Positions 37,695-46,608 of a stretch of DNA of 64,000 nt are shown here, in pieces; positions within the stretch are counted from its first letter, which is position 1, and each line of letters begins with the position of its first letter. The notes beneath the pieces were generated by a model. The model made no database searches. It had not been told where the DNA came from and saw nothing but the letters and a program-made list of their open reading frames with translations. Source of the stretch: an uncultured bacterium (GTDB lineage: Bacteria > Fidelibacterota > Marinisomatia > SCGC-AAA003-L08 > GCA-002704045); the NCBI GenBank assembly GCA_964345035.1, contig CAYFPO010000002.1:96684-160683 (forward strand), written 5' to 3'. Made by a program: the position numbers and the translations under genes.

Positions 37695-39986
37695 TTGAAA
37701 AATTATCTCATAATTACAGTATTAGTTTTCAGTTCTGTATTCAGCAATGACCGATATTCCCAAATTCTTATTAAAAATCCGGATCAAGATATCCTGACTT
37801 CCTTAAAATCTCTGGGGATTGAATTGGATCATGTTCATTTTACTGAAAATGAATATTTGGAGTTTGCAGCTTCAGAAACTGATTTGGAAAAAATAGAAAA
37901 TGCTGATATCCAATTTAGTGTAATTATTGAAGATTTAACTGCATATTTTCAAACACGATTCACACAGCCGGTCAGTCGTGACTTCCCGGATGGTTCGATG
38001 AGCGGTTATTATACTTTTGATGAAGCTGTGGAAATTTTCAACCAATTTCATATAGATTATCCGGAAATCGTGGGTGGATTAATTTCCATTGGGGAATCTC
38101 TGGAAGGCAGGCAAATATGGGCATTTAAGGTCAGTGATAATCCTGAATTGGACGAGTCAGAACCTGAAGTACTCTACACCGGATTGCACCATGCCCGTGA
38201 ACCCATGAGTATGATGAATCTCATTTATTATGTTATGTATCTTACAGAAAATTATGAAACCGATCCTGTAGCAGCACATATTGTGAATAATAGACAATTG
38301 TGGTTTGTTCCGGTTGTGAATCCTGATGGTTATGTGTATAACCAATCTACTGCACCCAGTGGAGGCGGAATGCATCGAAAAAATAAACGGTCTAATGGAT
38401 GTACAGGATATGATATTGGAGTGGACCTGAACAGGAATTATTCCTATTTCTGGGGATATGATGACTCAGGTTCTGATCCTTATGCATGTGGACAGACATA
38501 TCGGGGAACCGGACCAAATTCTGAACCGGAGATTCAGGCTATTGCTGAATTTGTCGAAACTCATAATTTCAAACTTGCATTCAATTACCATAGCTATAGT
38601 GATTTATTGATTTATCCCTTTGGATATGTGTATGATAACCCAATGCCGAATGAACATCTCGAAATTTTTGTTGAATACGGGGAAGAAATGGTGGAGTACA
38701 ACGGATACCTTTTAGGAACTGGCCCAGATTTGTTATACCCTGTAAATGGCGAAGCGTGTGACTGGATGTTTGGAGATCAGGGTGTATATGCATATACGCC
38801 TGAAATCGGCAGCTACTCTGATAATTTTTGGCCTGCAACGAACCGTATAATCCCTCTTGCTGAAGAAAATCTCCATCCTAATAAATTTCTTGCACTTTCT
38901 GCGGGGTCTAACTATTCTATGGATGTAACCATAGAGGATGGTCCGTATCTTCAGGGTGAATTGTATTCCATGTCTGTAAATTTAATGAATTCCGGGCTGG
39001 GTGATTCAAATGGAGAAATTATACTGTCTATCTCATCGGAAGGCTTACTTGAATTTGAATTGGATGAAGTTGAACTGGAAGGATTAAATGCAAGATCCGG
39101 TTATGATTTAGGAGATTTTGTGTATTTTCAGGTATCACCATCTGCACCAAATGGCACTTTGGAAACCATTACAATTTCGGTGAATGATAATGATGATTAC
39201 ATTTACCAGCAAGAATATGAAATATTGATTGGTGAAACTACCCAATTAATTTCAGATGGTTTTGAAGTTGAATCTGGCTGGGTTGTTGGTGCACCCGGTG
39301 ATAATGCGGTTACAGGAATATGGGAAAGAGGAATCCCAAATGGCACACAGTTAGAAGGGCAGCAGGTTCAGCCCGGTGAAGATCATACAGTAGATGGAAC
39401 AAGTTGTTTTGTAACCGGAAATAGTATCGGACCGGGAGCAGGTTATGACGATATTGATGGTGGTAAAACAACTTTGTTATCACCTATACTTGATTTAAGT
39501 GAATATGAAATTGCAATGGTTTCATATTGGCGGTGGTATACTAATGATATGGGCGATAATCCCAATGAAGACTATTGGGAGGTTGATGTTTCCAATGATG
39601 GTGGGAATAACTGGATTACTCTGGAAAACACCAATGAATCAAACAATGATTGGGAATATCATCAATTTGTATTACAGAATATACTTCCGGAATTTTCAGA
39701 TCAGGTTGTTTTTCGATTTATTGCAGAAGATTCCGGGGATGGTTCCCTTGTTGAAGCGGCGTTAGATGATTTTACATTAGAGGTAATGTTTGATTCCGGT
39801 TTGCAAGGTGACATTAATTTTGATGGGAATGTAGATGTACTGGATGTAGTGCGAATGGTCAATATTATTATTGGGAATGATCCGCCGCCTTCTCCGGCTG
39901 AATTACAGGCATCTGATTTGAATAATGACGGCAGCATTGATGTCCTCGATATAGTAAATTTGGTGAATATTATTTTAGATAGTTAA
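37695..39986 (+). CDS. secreted M14-family zinc carboxypeptidase with MAM-like/beta-sandwich domains and C-terminal dockerin-type module
   Basis: GLHHAREPMS (HxxE), NRNY, NYHSY and YTPEIG are present. The dockerin is GDINFDGNVDVLDVV...SDLNNDGSIDVLDIV (nt 39807-39983). The TTG start lies 4 nt after the upstream stop. Confidence 0.85.
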   Translation: MKNYLIITVLVFSSVFSNDRYSQILIKNPDQDILTSLKSLGIELDHVHFTENEYLEFAASETDLEKIENADIQFSVIIEDLTAYFQTRFTQPVSRDFPDGSMSGYYTFDEAVEIFNQFHIDYPEIVGGLISIGESLEGRQIWAFKVSDNPELDESEPEVLYTGLHHAREPMSMMNLIYYVMYLTENYETDPVAAHIVNNRQLWFVPVVNPDGYVYNQSTAPSGGGMHRKNKRSNGCTGYDIGVDLNRNYSYFWGYDDSGSDPYACGQTYRGTGPNSEPEIQAIAEFVETHNFKLAFNYHSYSDLLIYPFGYVYDNPMPNEHLEIFVEYGEEMVEYNGYLLGTGPDLLYPVNGEACDWMFGDQGVYAYTPEIGSYSDNFWPATNRIIPLAEENLHPNKFLALSAGSNYSMDVTIEDGPYLQGELYSMSVNLMNSGLGDSNGEIILSISSEGLLEFELDEVELEGLNARSGYDLGDFVYFQVSPSAPNGTLETITISVNDNDDYIYQQEYEILIGETTQLISDGFEVESGWVVGAPGDNAVTGIWERGIPNGTQLEGQQVQPGEDHTVDGTSCFVTGNSIGPGAGYDDIDGGKTTLLSPILDLSEYEIAMVSYWRWYTNDMGDNPNEDYWEVDVSNDGGNNWITLENTNESNNDWEYHQFVLQNILPEFSDQVVFRFIAEDSGDGSLVEAALDDFTLEVMFDSGLQGDINFDGNVDVLDVVRMVNIIIGNDPPPSPAELQASDLNNDGSIDVLDIVNLVNIILDS

Positions 39987-40007
39987 GGAATAAATTCACA
40001 ATTATTA

Positions 40008-40034
40008 AAGGGCTCTGCATAGAGCCCTTTTTTA
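40008..40034 (+). terminator. rho-independent terminator
   Basis: The stem-loop AAAGGGCTCT-GCAT-AGAGCCCTTT is followed by a T-run. Confidence 0.9.
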
Positions 40035-40053
40035 TTTAAATTATGAAACATTT

Positions 40054-42495
40054 ATGAAGGCATTTATCAAGATTTCAATTATTGTAACCATTTCATCACT
40101 CTTGATCGGAGATGAATCTTACAATACAGAATTGATCGCACATATACCGTATGAGGAGGGGGTAAATGATTGTTGGGGGTATACTACACCGGACGGCAGA
40201 GAATTTGCAATTGTGGGTACAAACTCAGGTACATCTATCGTTGAGGTTGTTGCAGACAGTATCATCGAAACAGGATTCATCACCGGTGGTGAATCTATCT
40301 GGCGGGATATGAAGTCGTGGGGTAATTATATTTACAGTGGAACTGAAAATAATTCAGGAGGGATTCAGGTGATCAGCATGGAAGACCCTGATAATCCGGA
40401 ATTGGTATATACCTGGGATGGCGCATTGAGCTCACATAATATCATGATCTCAAATGGATATTTATATGTTATTGGTGCAAGTGATGTCGCATATCTGATT
40501 ATCCTTTCACTGGAAGATCCGGTCCATCCTGAACAGGTGGGTATTTGGAATGAAGAATACCTCCACGATGTCTGTTTTGATGGGAATATTTTATATGGGT
40601 GCGGAATCTTTTCAAATACCATGTTTGCTATTGATGTTACGGATAAACACAATCCACAGACCATCAATTATTGGAGTGGAATTCCATCTGCCCATGCATG
40701 CTGGCCCACCGAAGATGGAAATTTTCTACTCACCGCATCTGAAACTGGTACAGGTCATATTATGATCTGGGATGTGGAGGATATTTATAATGTGAATTTA
40801 GTCTCTGAGTGGGTTCCCGAAGGTGCTGAATGGGAATCCTCTCACAATGTCTTTGTCCGGGATAATTATGCCTATATGAGCTACTACAAATTTGGACTTC
40901 AAATTATCGATATCAGTAATCCTTATGAACCGATAATGGCAGGATATTATGACACCTATCCGGATGATGTAGGGGGATTATTCAATGGTGCATGGGGAAC
41001 ATATCCATTTCAGCCCTCCTGTAATATTTATATTTCAGACAGACAATCCGGCTTGTTCGTTGTCAGTTTTGATGGATGTACTGGTGCAGATCCACTTGAT
41101 CCAGTGCCGCCGGATAATGTAACCGCATTCAGTGATTACCTCACGCCTGAATCCATTGAATTAAACTGGGAAAACCCTGAAACATTGCATGACGGCACAC
41201 CATTGAATTCTTTTTCCGTGAATTTATCCCGGAATGAAACTTTCATCACAGAAATTGTGGATGGATCTGAAACTTATATTGACCTTGATTTGGAAGATGG
41301 CATCTATTATACCTATCAAGTAACCACTATTGATTTAATGACAGACAGTACCAGTAATTTTGTCGAGATTTCAGCATATTCCGGAGGATCTCCATTTCCC
41401 TCTGAACCGAGTAATTTTACTGCAAATCCACTACCGGATGGTATTGAATTGTCTTGGGTGAATCCAAATACTCAATCTGATGGAACATTTCTGGATGATC
41501 TGTCTCATTCAAGAATATACCGAAATGGTACTGTCATAACAGAATTGGCAGCAAATCCTGGTGATGAAACCGTATTTGTGGATCTTCCGCCTGAGGGGTT
41601 TATCTATACATATTTTATTACTGCATTTGATAATGAAACCCCTCCTCATGAAAGTGATCCTACAGAATCACTGGAAGTATTTTCAGGTGATTTTCCTGAG
41701 TATTTGATCTGGGAACCATCAGACAATACACCATTGAGCGGTGAAGCAATACTGAATGATCTGGAGGCATTAAATATTGTAGGATACCTCACTAATGATC
41801 TTTGGGTATTTGGCAACCCAATTGAGCAAAACTTCAGTGGTATTTTTATTTTAAACGGTATCTGGCCCAACAATCATCAACTAACACTTACGGAACAGAA
41901 TATTATTGTTGAATATATATTATCAGGGGGTAATGTATATCTCGAAGATGGAGATATTTGGTCCCAGTTTGAATTTAATGATTTAATATTTCTTTTTAAC
42001 TGTATTGGATTGTCAGATGGTTCTGGTGATTTGGAATCTGTTGAAGGATTATCCGGAGTATTCACAGAAAATATGATATTTGATTATTCAGGTGAAAACA
42101 ACTGGATAGACCGTCTACAGTCATTATCAAGTGCATTCCCCATATTAGTAAGCTCATCACCGGAATATATTACAGCGGTGGCATTTGATAATGAGTATTA
42201 TCGCACTATTGGAACCAGTTTTGAGTATGGAGGCCTCCCGGATTCTGACCAGCGAACTGAATTTTTATCCACAGTATTGATTTTTTTTGAAAATGGTGGT
42301 CAACCGAATTGGTTGGCCGGCGATGTCAACCAGGATGAAAATGTTGATATTTTAGATATTATCATAGTTGTAGATTTTATATTAGAGATCGTAACTCCTT
42401 CACCGGTTGAGTCTTGGGTCTCTGATCTAAATCATGACAGTATATTGGATATTTTGGATATTATGCTGTTCATCCAGATTATTCTGGATGAGTAA
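40054..42495 (+). CDS. secreted LVIVD-repeat (choice-of-anchor-B-like beta-propeller) protein with FN3 domains and C-terminal dockerin-type module
   Basis: N-terminal repeats are present (CWGYTTPDGREFAIVG, WRDMKSWGNYIY, GLQIIDISNPYEP), followed by FN3-like segments. The dockerin is GDVNQDENVDILDII...SDLNHDSILDILDIM (nt 42319-42492). Confidence 0.75.
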   Translation: MKAFIKISIIVTISSLLIGDESYNTELIAHIPYEEGVNDCWGYTTPDGREFAIVGTNSGTSIVEVVADSIIETGFITGGESIWRDMKSWGNYIYSGTENNSGGIQVISMEDPDNPELVYTWDGALSSHNIMISNGYLYVIGASDVAYLIILSLEDPVHPEQVGIWNEEYLHDVCFDGNILYGCGIFSNTMFAIDVTDKHNPQTINYWSGIPSAHACWPTEDGNFLLTASETGTGHIMIWDVEDIYNVNLVSEWVPEGAEWESSHNVFVRDNYAYMSYYKFGLQIIDISNPYEPIMAGYYDTYPDDVGGLFNGAWGTYPFQPSCNIYISDRQSGLFVVSFDGCTGADPLDPVPPDNVTAFSDYLTPESIELNWENPETLHDGTPLNSFSVNLSRNETFITEIVDGSETYIDLDLEDGIYYTYQVTTIDLMTDSTSNFVEISAYSGGSPFPSEPSNFTANPLPDGIELSWVNPNTQSDGTFLDDLSHSRIYRNGTVITELAANPGDETVFVDLPPEGFIYTYFITAFDNETPPHESDPTESLEVFSGDFPEYLIWEPSDNTPLSGEAILNDLEALNIVGYLTNDLWVFGNPIEQNFSGIFILNGIWPNNHQLTLTEQNIIVEYILSGGNVYLEDGDIWSQFEFNDLIFLFNCIGLSDGSGDLESVEGLSGVFTENMIFDYSGENNWIDRLQSLSSAFPILVSSSPEYITAVAFDNEYYRTIGTSFEYGGLPDSDQRTEFLSTVLIFFENGGQPNWLAGDVNQDENVDILDIIIVVDFILEIVTPSPVESWVSDLNHDSILDILDIMLFIQIILDE

Positions 42496-43150
42496 GTAGT
42501 GGATCCTTGATGCCTGCCTCCTGAAAACCCCGTGTACGTAACGCACAGGAGTCACATTTCCCGCACAGCACTTCTTCATTCTGATAACAGCTCCAGGTGA
42601 GATGTAGTGGTGCTTTCAGTTCAACACCTTTTTTCACGATCTCACTTTTAGAAAGCTCAATTAATGGTGTGACGATTTTGATCCGGGTTTCTGGTTTTGT
42701 TCCTTCATCTATTGATTTTTCAAATGCATCATAAAATGATCTTCTGCAGTCTGGGTATCCGGAAGAATCTTCTTCCACAGCTCCAATATAAATTGAATCG
42801 GCTTTTATAACTTCAGCCCAACTCACTGCCACGCTGAGTATATTTGCATTTCTGAATGGTACATAGGAAATTGGAATACCCGGATTCTCCAAATCTGCAT
42901 TTGGTACTGCAATTGTTTCATCAGTGAGACAGGACCCCCCAATTATTTGTAAATGAGTCAAATCTACAATAAGTTTATCTGAAACATTGTAAAAATCTGC
43001 AATTTCATTAAAGGCTTGGAATTCACGTTTTTCAGTTCTCTGTCCATAATTAACATGTAAAAATGCAAGTTGATTATTGGTTTCATTTGCACTTGCTGCT
43101 GTCACACAGCTATCCATACCACCGGAAACTAATATAATTGATTTACCTAT
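42479..43150 (-). CDS. queC: 7-cyano-7-deazaguanine synthase; start extended to a non-canonical ATA codon
   Basis: QueC motifs are present, including the C-terminal Zn cluster CGKCDSCALR. The track ORF starts at MDS, inside the essential PP-loop SGGMDS, so the true start must be upstream, where only ATA/ATT codons exist. AGGAG lies 6 nt before ATA 43150-43148. Confidence 0.8.
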   Translation of the reverse strand: MGKSIILVSGGMDSCVTAASANETNNQLAFLHVNYGQRTEKREFQAFNEIADFYNVSDKLIVDLTHLQIIGGSCLTDETIAVPNADLENPGIPISYVPFRNANILSVAVSWAEVIKADSIYIGAVEEDSSGYPDCRRSFYDAFEKSIDEGTKPETRIKIVTPLIELSKSEIVKKGVELKAPLHLTWSCYQNEEVLCGKCDSCALRTRGFQEAGIKDPLLTHPE

Positions 43151-43151
43151 T

Positions 43152-43793
43152 TTATACTCCTGTTGTTTCCGGATCCCAAATATGTTTATGTAACTGTATT
43201 TGGAATCTGATAGGGAGATTTGATTTCAATATCCACTTTGATAATTCCTCATATTCCATCTCACCATAAACCGGCGAAAATAATACGGGCCGCTTATCTG
43301 TTAATTGAAATTCAGTAACTTTTTCAATTGCCCATTCGAAATCTTCTCTATCTGCTATAACAAATTTTATTTCATCCTTTGGTGTTAGTTCATCAAGAAT
43401 GCTCCATAGATTATTTTTCTCCATTTTACTTCCGGGACATTTGAAATCAATAATTTTTATTACAGGATCGGGTACGTTGGAAACAGATAAGGACCCACCA
43501 GTCTCCAGCATTACTTCATATCCGTTTTGTAAAAGTAAGTTTATGAGCGTGATACAATTTTCCTGCATTAATGGTTCACCACCGGTTACCTCTACCAGAT
43601 TACAGTTATATTGTTGTATTTTTTTCAGAATTTCATTAATGGTCATTTCTTTTCCATCATAAAAAGCATATTCAGAATCACACCACACACATCGGAGGTT
43701 ACATCCTGTCAAACGGATAAAAATACACGGTTTTCCTGCATACGTAGATTCCCCCTGAATACTGAAAAAGATTTCATTTACCTTAATATTCAT
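43152..43793 (-). CDS. queE: 7-carboxy-7-deazaguanine synthase (radical SAM)
   Basis: The N-terminus MNIKVNEIFFSIQGES...AGKPCIFIRLTGCNLRCVWCDSEY is typical of QueE. I chose ATG 43793 to match normal QueE length; the track ORF extends 36 codons further upstream. Confidence 0.85.
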   Translation of the reverse strand: MNIKVNEIFFSIQGESTYAGKPCIFIRLTGCNLRCVWCDSEYAFYDGKEMTINEILKKIQQYNCNLVEVTGGEPLMQENCITLINLLLQNGYEVMLETGGSLSVSNVPDPVIKIIDFKCPGSKMEKNNLWSILDELTPKDEIKFVIADREDFEWAIEKVTEFQLTDKRPVLFSPVYGEMEYEELSKWILKSNLPIRFQIQLHKHIWDPETTGV

Positions 43794-43932
43794 TGTGTAA
43801 TTTATGGTATGTATTAAATAGGTACCAACTGGCAGAATTTTCATTATCCATCCTTTGCAGGTGTAATTATAATGCATTAATTTTCCGGTTCTCCTGAACA
43901 AAAGATATCAAATATTTACAAGGGATTAATAG

Positions 43933-45018
43933 ATGAATCAATATCCAAAATTATTTATTCCCGGACCTACCCACGTTCCGGATGAAGTGATGCAGTCTTT
44001 GGCACATTCACAGATCGGTCACCGTACTCCGGAATTTTCAGATTTAATGGAAAACATAGTAACCGGTGTGCAAAACGTGTTATATACAAAAAACCGTGTC
44101 TATCTAGCATCCAATCCTGCAACCGGATTATGGGAGATGGCAGTTACAAATTCAGTAAAAAAAGGGGTGCTGCACGCAGTGAATGGAGCTTTCAGCAGTA
44201 AATGGGCAGCTGTGTCCAAATCCTGTGGATTGAATGCTGATATCTTAGATGTAGAATGGGGTAGAGGAATTCATGCGGAAGATGTTGATACCCTACTTGC
44301 TACCGGAAAATTTGATACTTTTGCAATGGTCCACAATGAAACATCCACAGGAGTTCAAAGTGACTTGTCTGAGATCAGTGAATTGCTCAAAAATAAATAT
44401 CCTGATGTAATCTGGCTGGTGGATGCTGTAAGTTCTATGGCAGGTGTCAAAATTGAGGTGGATGGGCTTGGGATTGATTACATTCTATCCTCCACTCAAA
44501 AAGCATGGGGATTGCCTGCAGGATTTTCCGTATTTTCCGTTTCGGATAATTTTAGAAAAATGTCAAATTCAATTAACCAAAAGGGCTATTATTTTGACCT
44601 GGAAGTATATGATAAATATTTTGAGAAAATGCAGACACCATCAACACCTTCCATACCCCATATGTTCGGATTTATAAAAATTCTATCTGACATCCAAACG
44701 GAAGGGTTGGAAAAACGTTGGGCACGCCATCAATCCATGGCAGAAACCACACGAAAATGGGCGGCAGGTCATGGACAAAGTTTATTCCCGGAAACAGGGT
44801 GTGAATCCACAACCATTACCTGCATCAAAAATGACTTAGAATGGGATATCAATTCGATTAACGATGCACTATTGGAAAAAGGATTCAGGATGGACAGAGG
44901 GTATGGTAAATACAGGGGAAAAGCATTCAGGATTGCTCATATGGGCAATGTATTTCCTGACGACCTGGAGGAATACCTCAGTATTTTTGATTCTGTTTTA
45001 GAGGAGGTACAAACATGA
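43933..45018 (+). CDS. class-V aminotransferase (probable phosphoserine aminotransferase, given coupling to serA)
   Basis: 361 aa with an N-terminal FIPGPTHVP and a PLP-lysine region SSTQKAWGLPAG. Its stop overlaps the serA start (ATGA). Confidence 0.7.
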   Translation: MNQYPKLFIPGPTHVPDEVMQSLAHSQIGHRTPEFSDLMENIVTGVQNVLYTKNRVYLASNPATGLWEMAVTNSVKKGVLHAVNGAFSSKWAAVSKSCGLNADILDVEWGRGIHAEDVDTLLATGKFDTFAMVHNETSTGVQSDLSEISELLKNKYPDVIWLVDAVSSMAGVKIEVDGLGIDYILSSTQKAWGLPAGFSVFSVSDNFRKMSNSINQKGYYFDLEVYDKYFEKMQTPSTPSIPHMFGFIKILSDIQTEGLEKRWARHQSMAETTRKWAAGHGQSLFPETGCESTTITCIKNDLEWDINSINDALLEKGFRMDRGYGKYRGKAFRIAHMGNVFPDDLEEYLSIFDSVLEEVQT

Positions 45019-46589
45019 AAGTATTAATTTCGGATCCTGTTTCAGATTTAGGCTTGGAAATTTTAAAGGAAGCAGGGATTGAATCAATTTATCTGCCCAA
45101 ACCAAAACTTGAGGATATTAAAGAAAACCTGAGCGATATTGACGGTTGGATCGTCAGAAGCGGCACTAAAGTCACACGGGATCTATTGGAAAAAACAAAA
45201 AAACTTCAGGTTATTGGTCGTGCTGGTGTTGGGGTTGATAATATTGATATTCATTCTGCAACGTTACAGGGAATTGTAGTGATGAACACACCGGATGGGA
45301 ATACAGTTTCTGCTGCTGAACATTCAATGGCAATGATGAGCTCTCTCGCTCGGAATATACAGATTGGTCATTCTGATCTGGTCATGGGAAAATGGAATCG
45401 ACATTCACTCGTAGGAAGTGAACTCCGTGGAAAAATACTGGGAATTGTCGGCTTAGGCAGAATCGGGAGAGAAGTTGTAAAACGGGCATTATCCTACGAA
45501 ATGAAGGTGTTAGGGTTTGATCCCTATGTTAATAAGGATATTTTTGATCAGGAAAATATGCATTTAGTTGATCTGGATACCTTAACCAAAGAAAGTGATT
45601 TTATAACATTGCATGTTCCACTTCTGGACTCAACCAGAAATTTATTTGACAGTAAAAGATTGAAAATGATGAAATCTTCTGCAAGAATTATTAATGTTGC
45701 CAGGGGGGGACTCATAAACGAAAAAGATTTAGCCGATGCACTGAATAATGATATTATAGCAGGTGCAGCGGTGGATGTATTTGAGACTGAACCTCTGGTA
45801 AATGATCATCCGCTGTTAACTGCAAAAAATATTCTGCTTACACCCCATTTAGGTGCATCAACAGCAGAAGCGAAAGAGGGTGTTTCCAAAGGTATATGTA
45901 AACAAGTTGCAGATTTTCTTGTAAATGAAAAATTATCCAATGCACTTAATATGCCGGTAAATGATTTATCCTTACTGAAAACTTTGGCACCCTATCTCCA
46001 CCTTGCGGAGATTCTTGGTAAAATACAAATCCAGCTATCCAATGGGGCAATCAAATCTGTCCACGTTGAATGTTTTGGTCCTATTGAAGATACTAAAACG
46101 GTATCACTGTCATTCATTAAAGGATTACTGGAAAATATTTCCGGAAGCCGCATTAATTTCATCAATGCACATGCGGTTGCAGAAGAGCGGGGAATCAGCA
46201 TTTCTCACACACATAATTCTGATCAAGTATCATTCTCCAATTTAATAATTACCCATGTAGAAGGAGACTCCGGAACAATAGAGGTTGCAGGTAGTGTATT
46301 CGGTGACAGTCACTCAAGAATTGTGGATATTATGGGATTCGAGGTGGATGTTCGCCCGGAAGGGAATATGCTGTTTATGAAAAATAAAGATGTTCCGGGA
46401 GTTATCGGAAAGGTTGGAACACTCATAGGATCTGCAGAGGTGAATATTGGAGAATATTTACTGAGCAGAACCAGTCAGAATGAAACAGCGTATGCAGTTG
46501 TAAAGTTAGACAGTAAATTAAATAAAAAACTTCTCGAATCATTATCCAGCCTGGATGAGATTATTGATATCCGTCAATTAAGTATTTGA
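45015..46589 (+). CDS. serA: D-3-phosphoglycerate dehydrogenase (long form with ASB/ACT domains)
   Basis: 524 aa with the NAD motif GIVGLGRIGREV, ARGGLI and TPHLGAST. Confidence 0.9.
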   Translation: MKVLISDPVSDLGLEILKEAGIESIYLPKPKLEDIKENLSDIDGWIVRSGTKVTRDLLEKTKKLQVIGRAGVGVDNIDIHSATLQGIVVMNTPDGNTVSAAEHSMAMMSSLARNIQIGHSDLVMGKWNRHSLVGSELRGKILGIVGLGRIGREVVKRALSYEMKVLGFDPYVNKDIFDQENMHLVDLDTLTKESDFITLHVPLLDSTRNLFDSKRLKMMKSSARIINVARGGLINEKDLADALNNDIIAGAAVDVFETEPLVNDHPLLTAKNILLTPHLGASTAEAKEGVSKGICKQVADFLVNEKLSNALNMPVNDLSLLKTLAPYLHLAEILGKIQIQLSNGAIKSVHVECFGPIEDTKTVSLSFIKGLLENISGSRINFINAHAVAEERGISISHTHNSDQVSFSNLIITHVEGDSGTIEVAGSVFGDSHSRIVDIMGFEVDVRPEGNMLFMKNKDVPGVIGKVGTLIGSAEVNIGEYLLSRTSQNETAYAVVKLDSKLNKKLLESLSSLDEIIDIRQLSI

Positions 46590-46608
46590 ATATTTATATG
46601 GTAGTAAA

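Noticed and set aside
42479-42495. 17-nt 3'-end overlap of the convergent LVIVD-protein and queC genes as a regulatory feature
   Set aside because: Short convergent overlaps are common in compact genomes. No hairpin or other signal is visible here.
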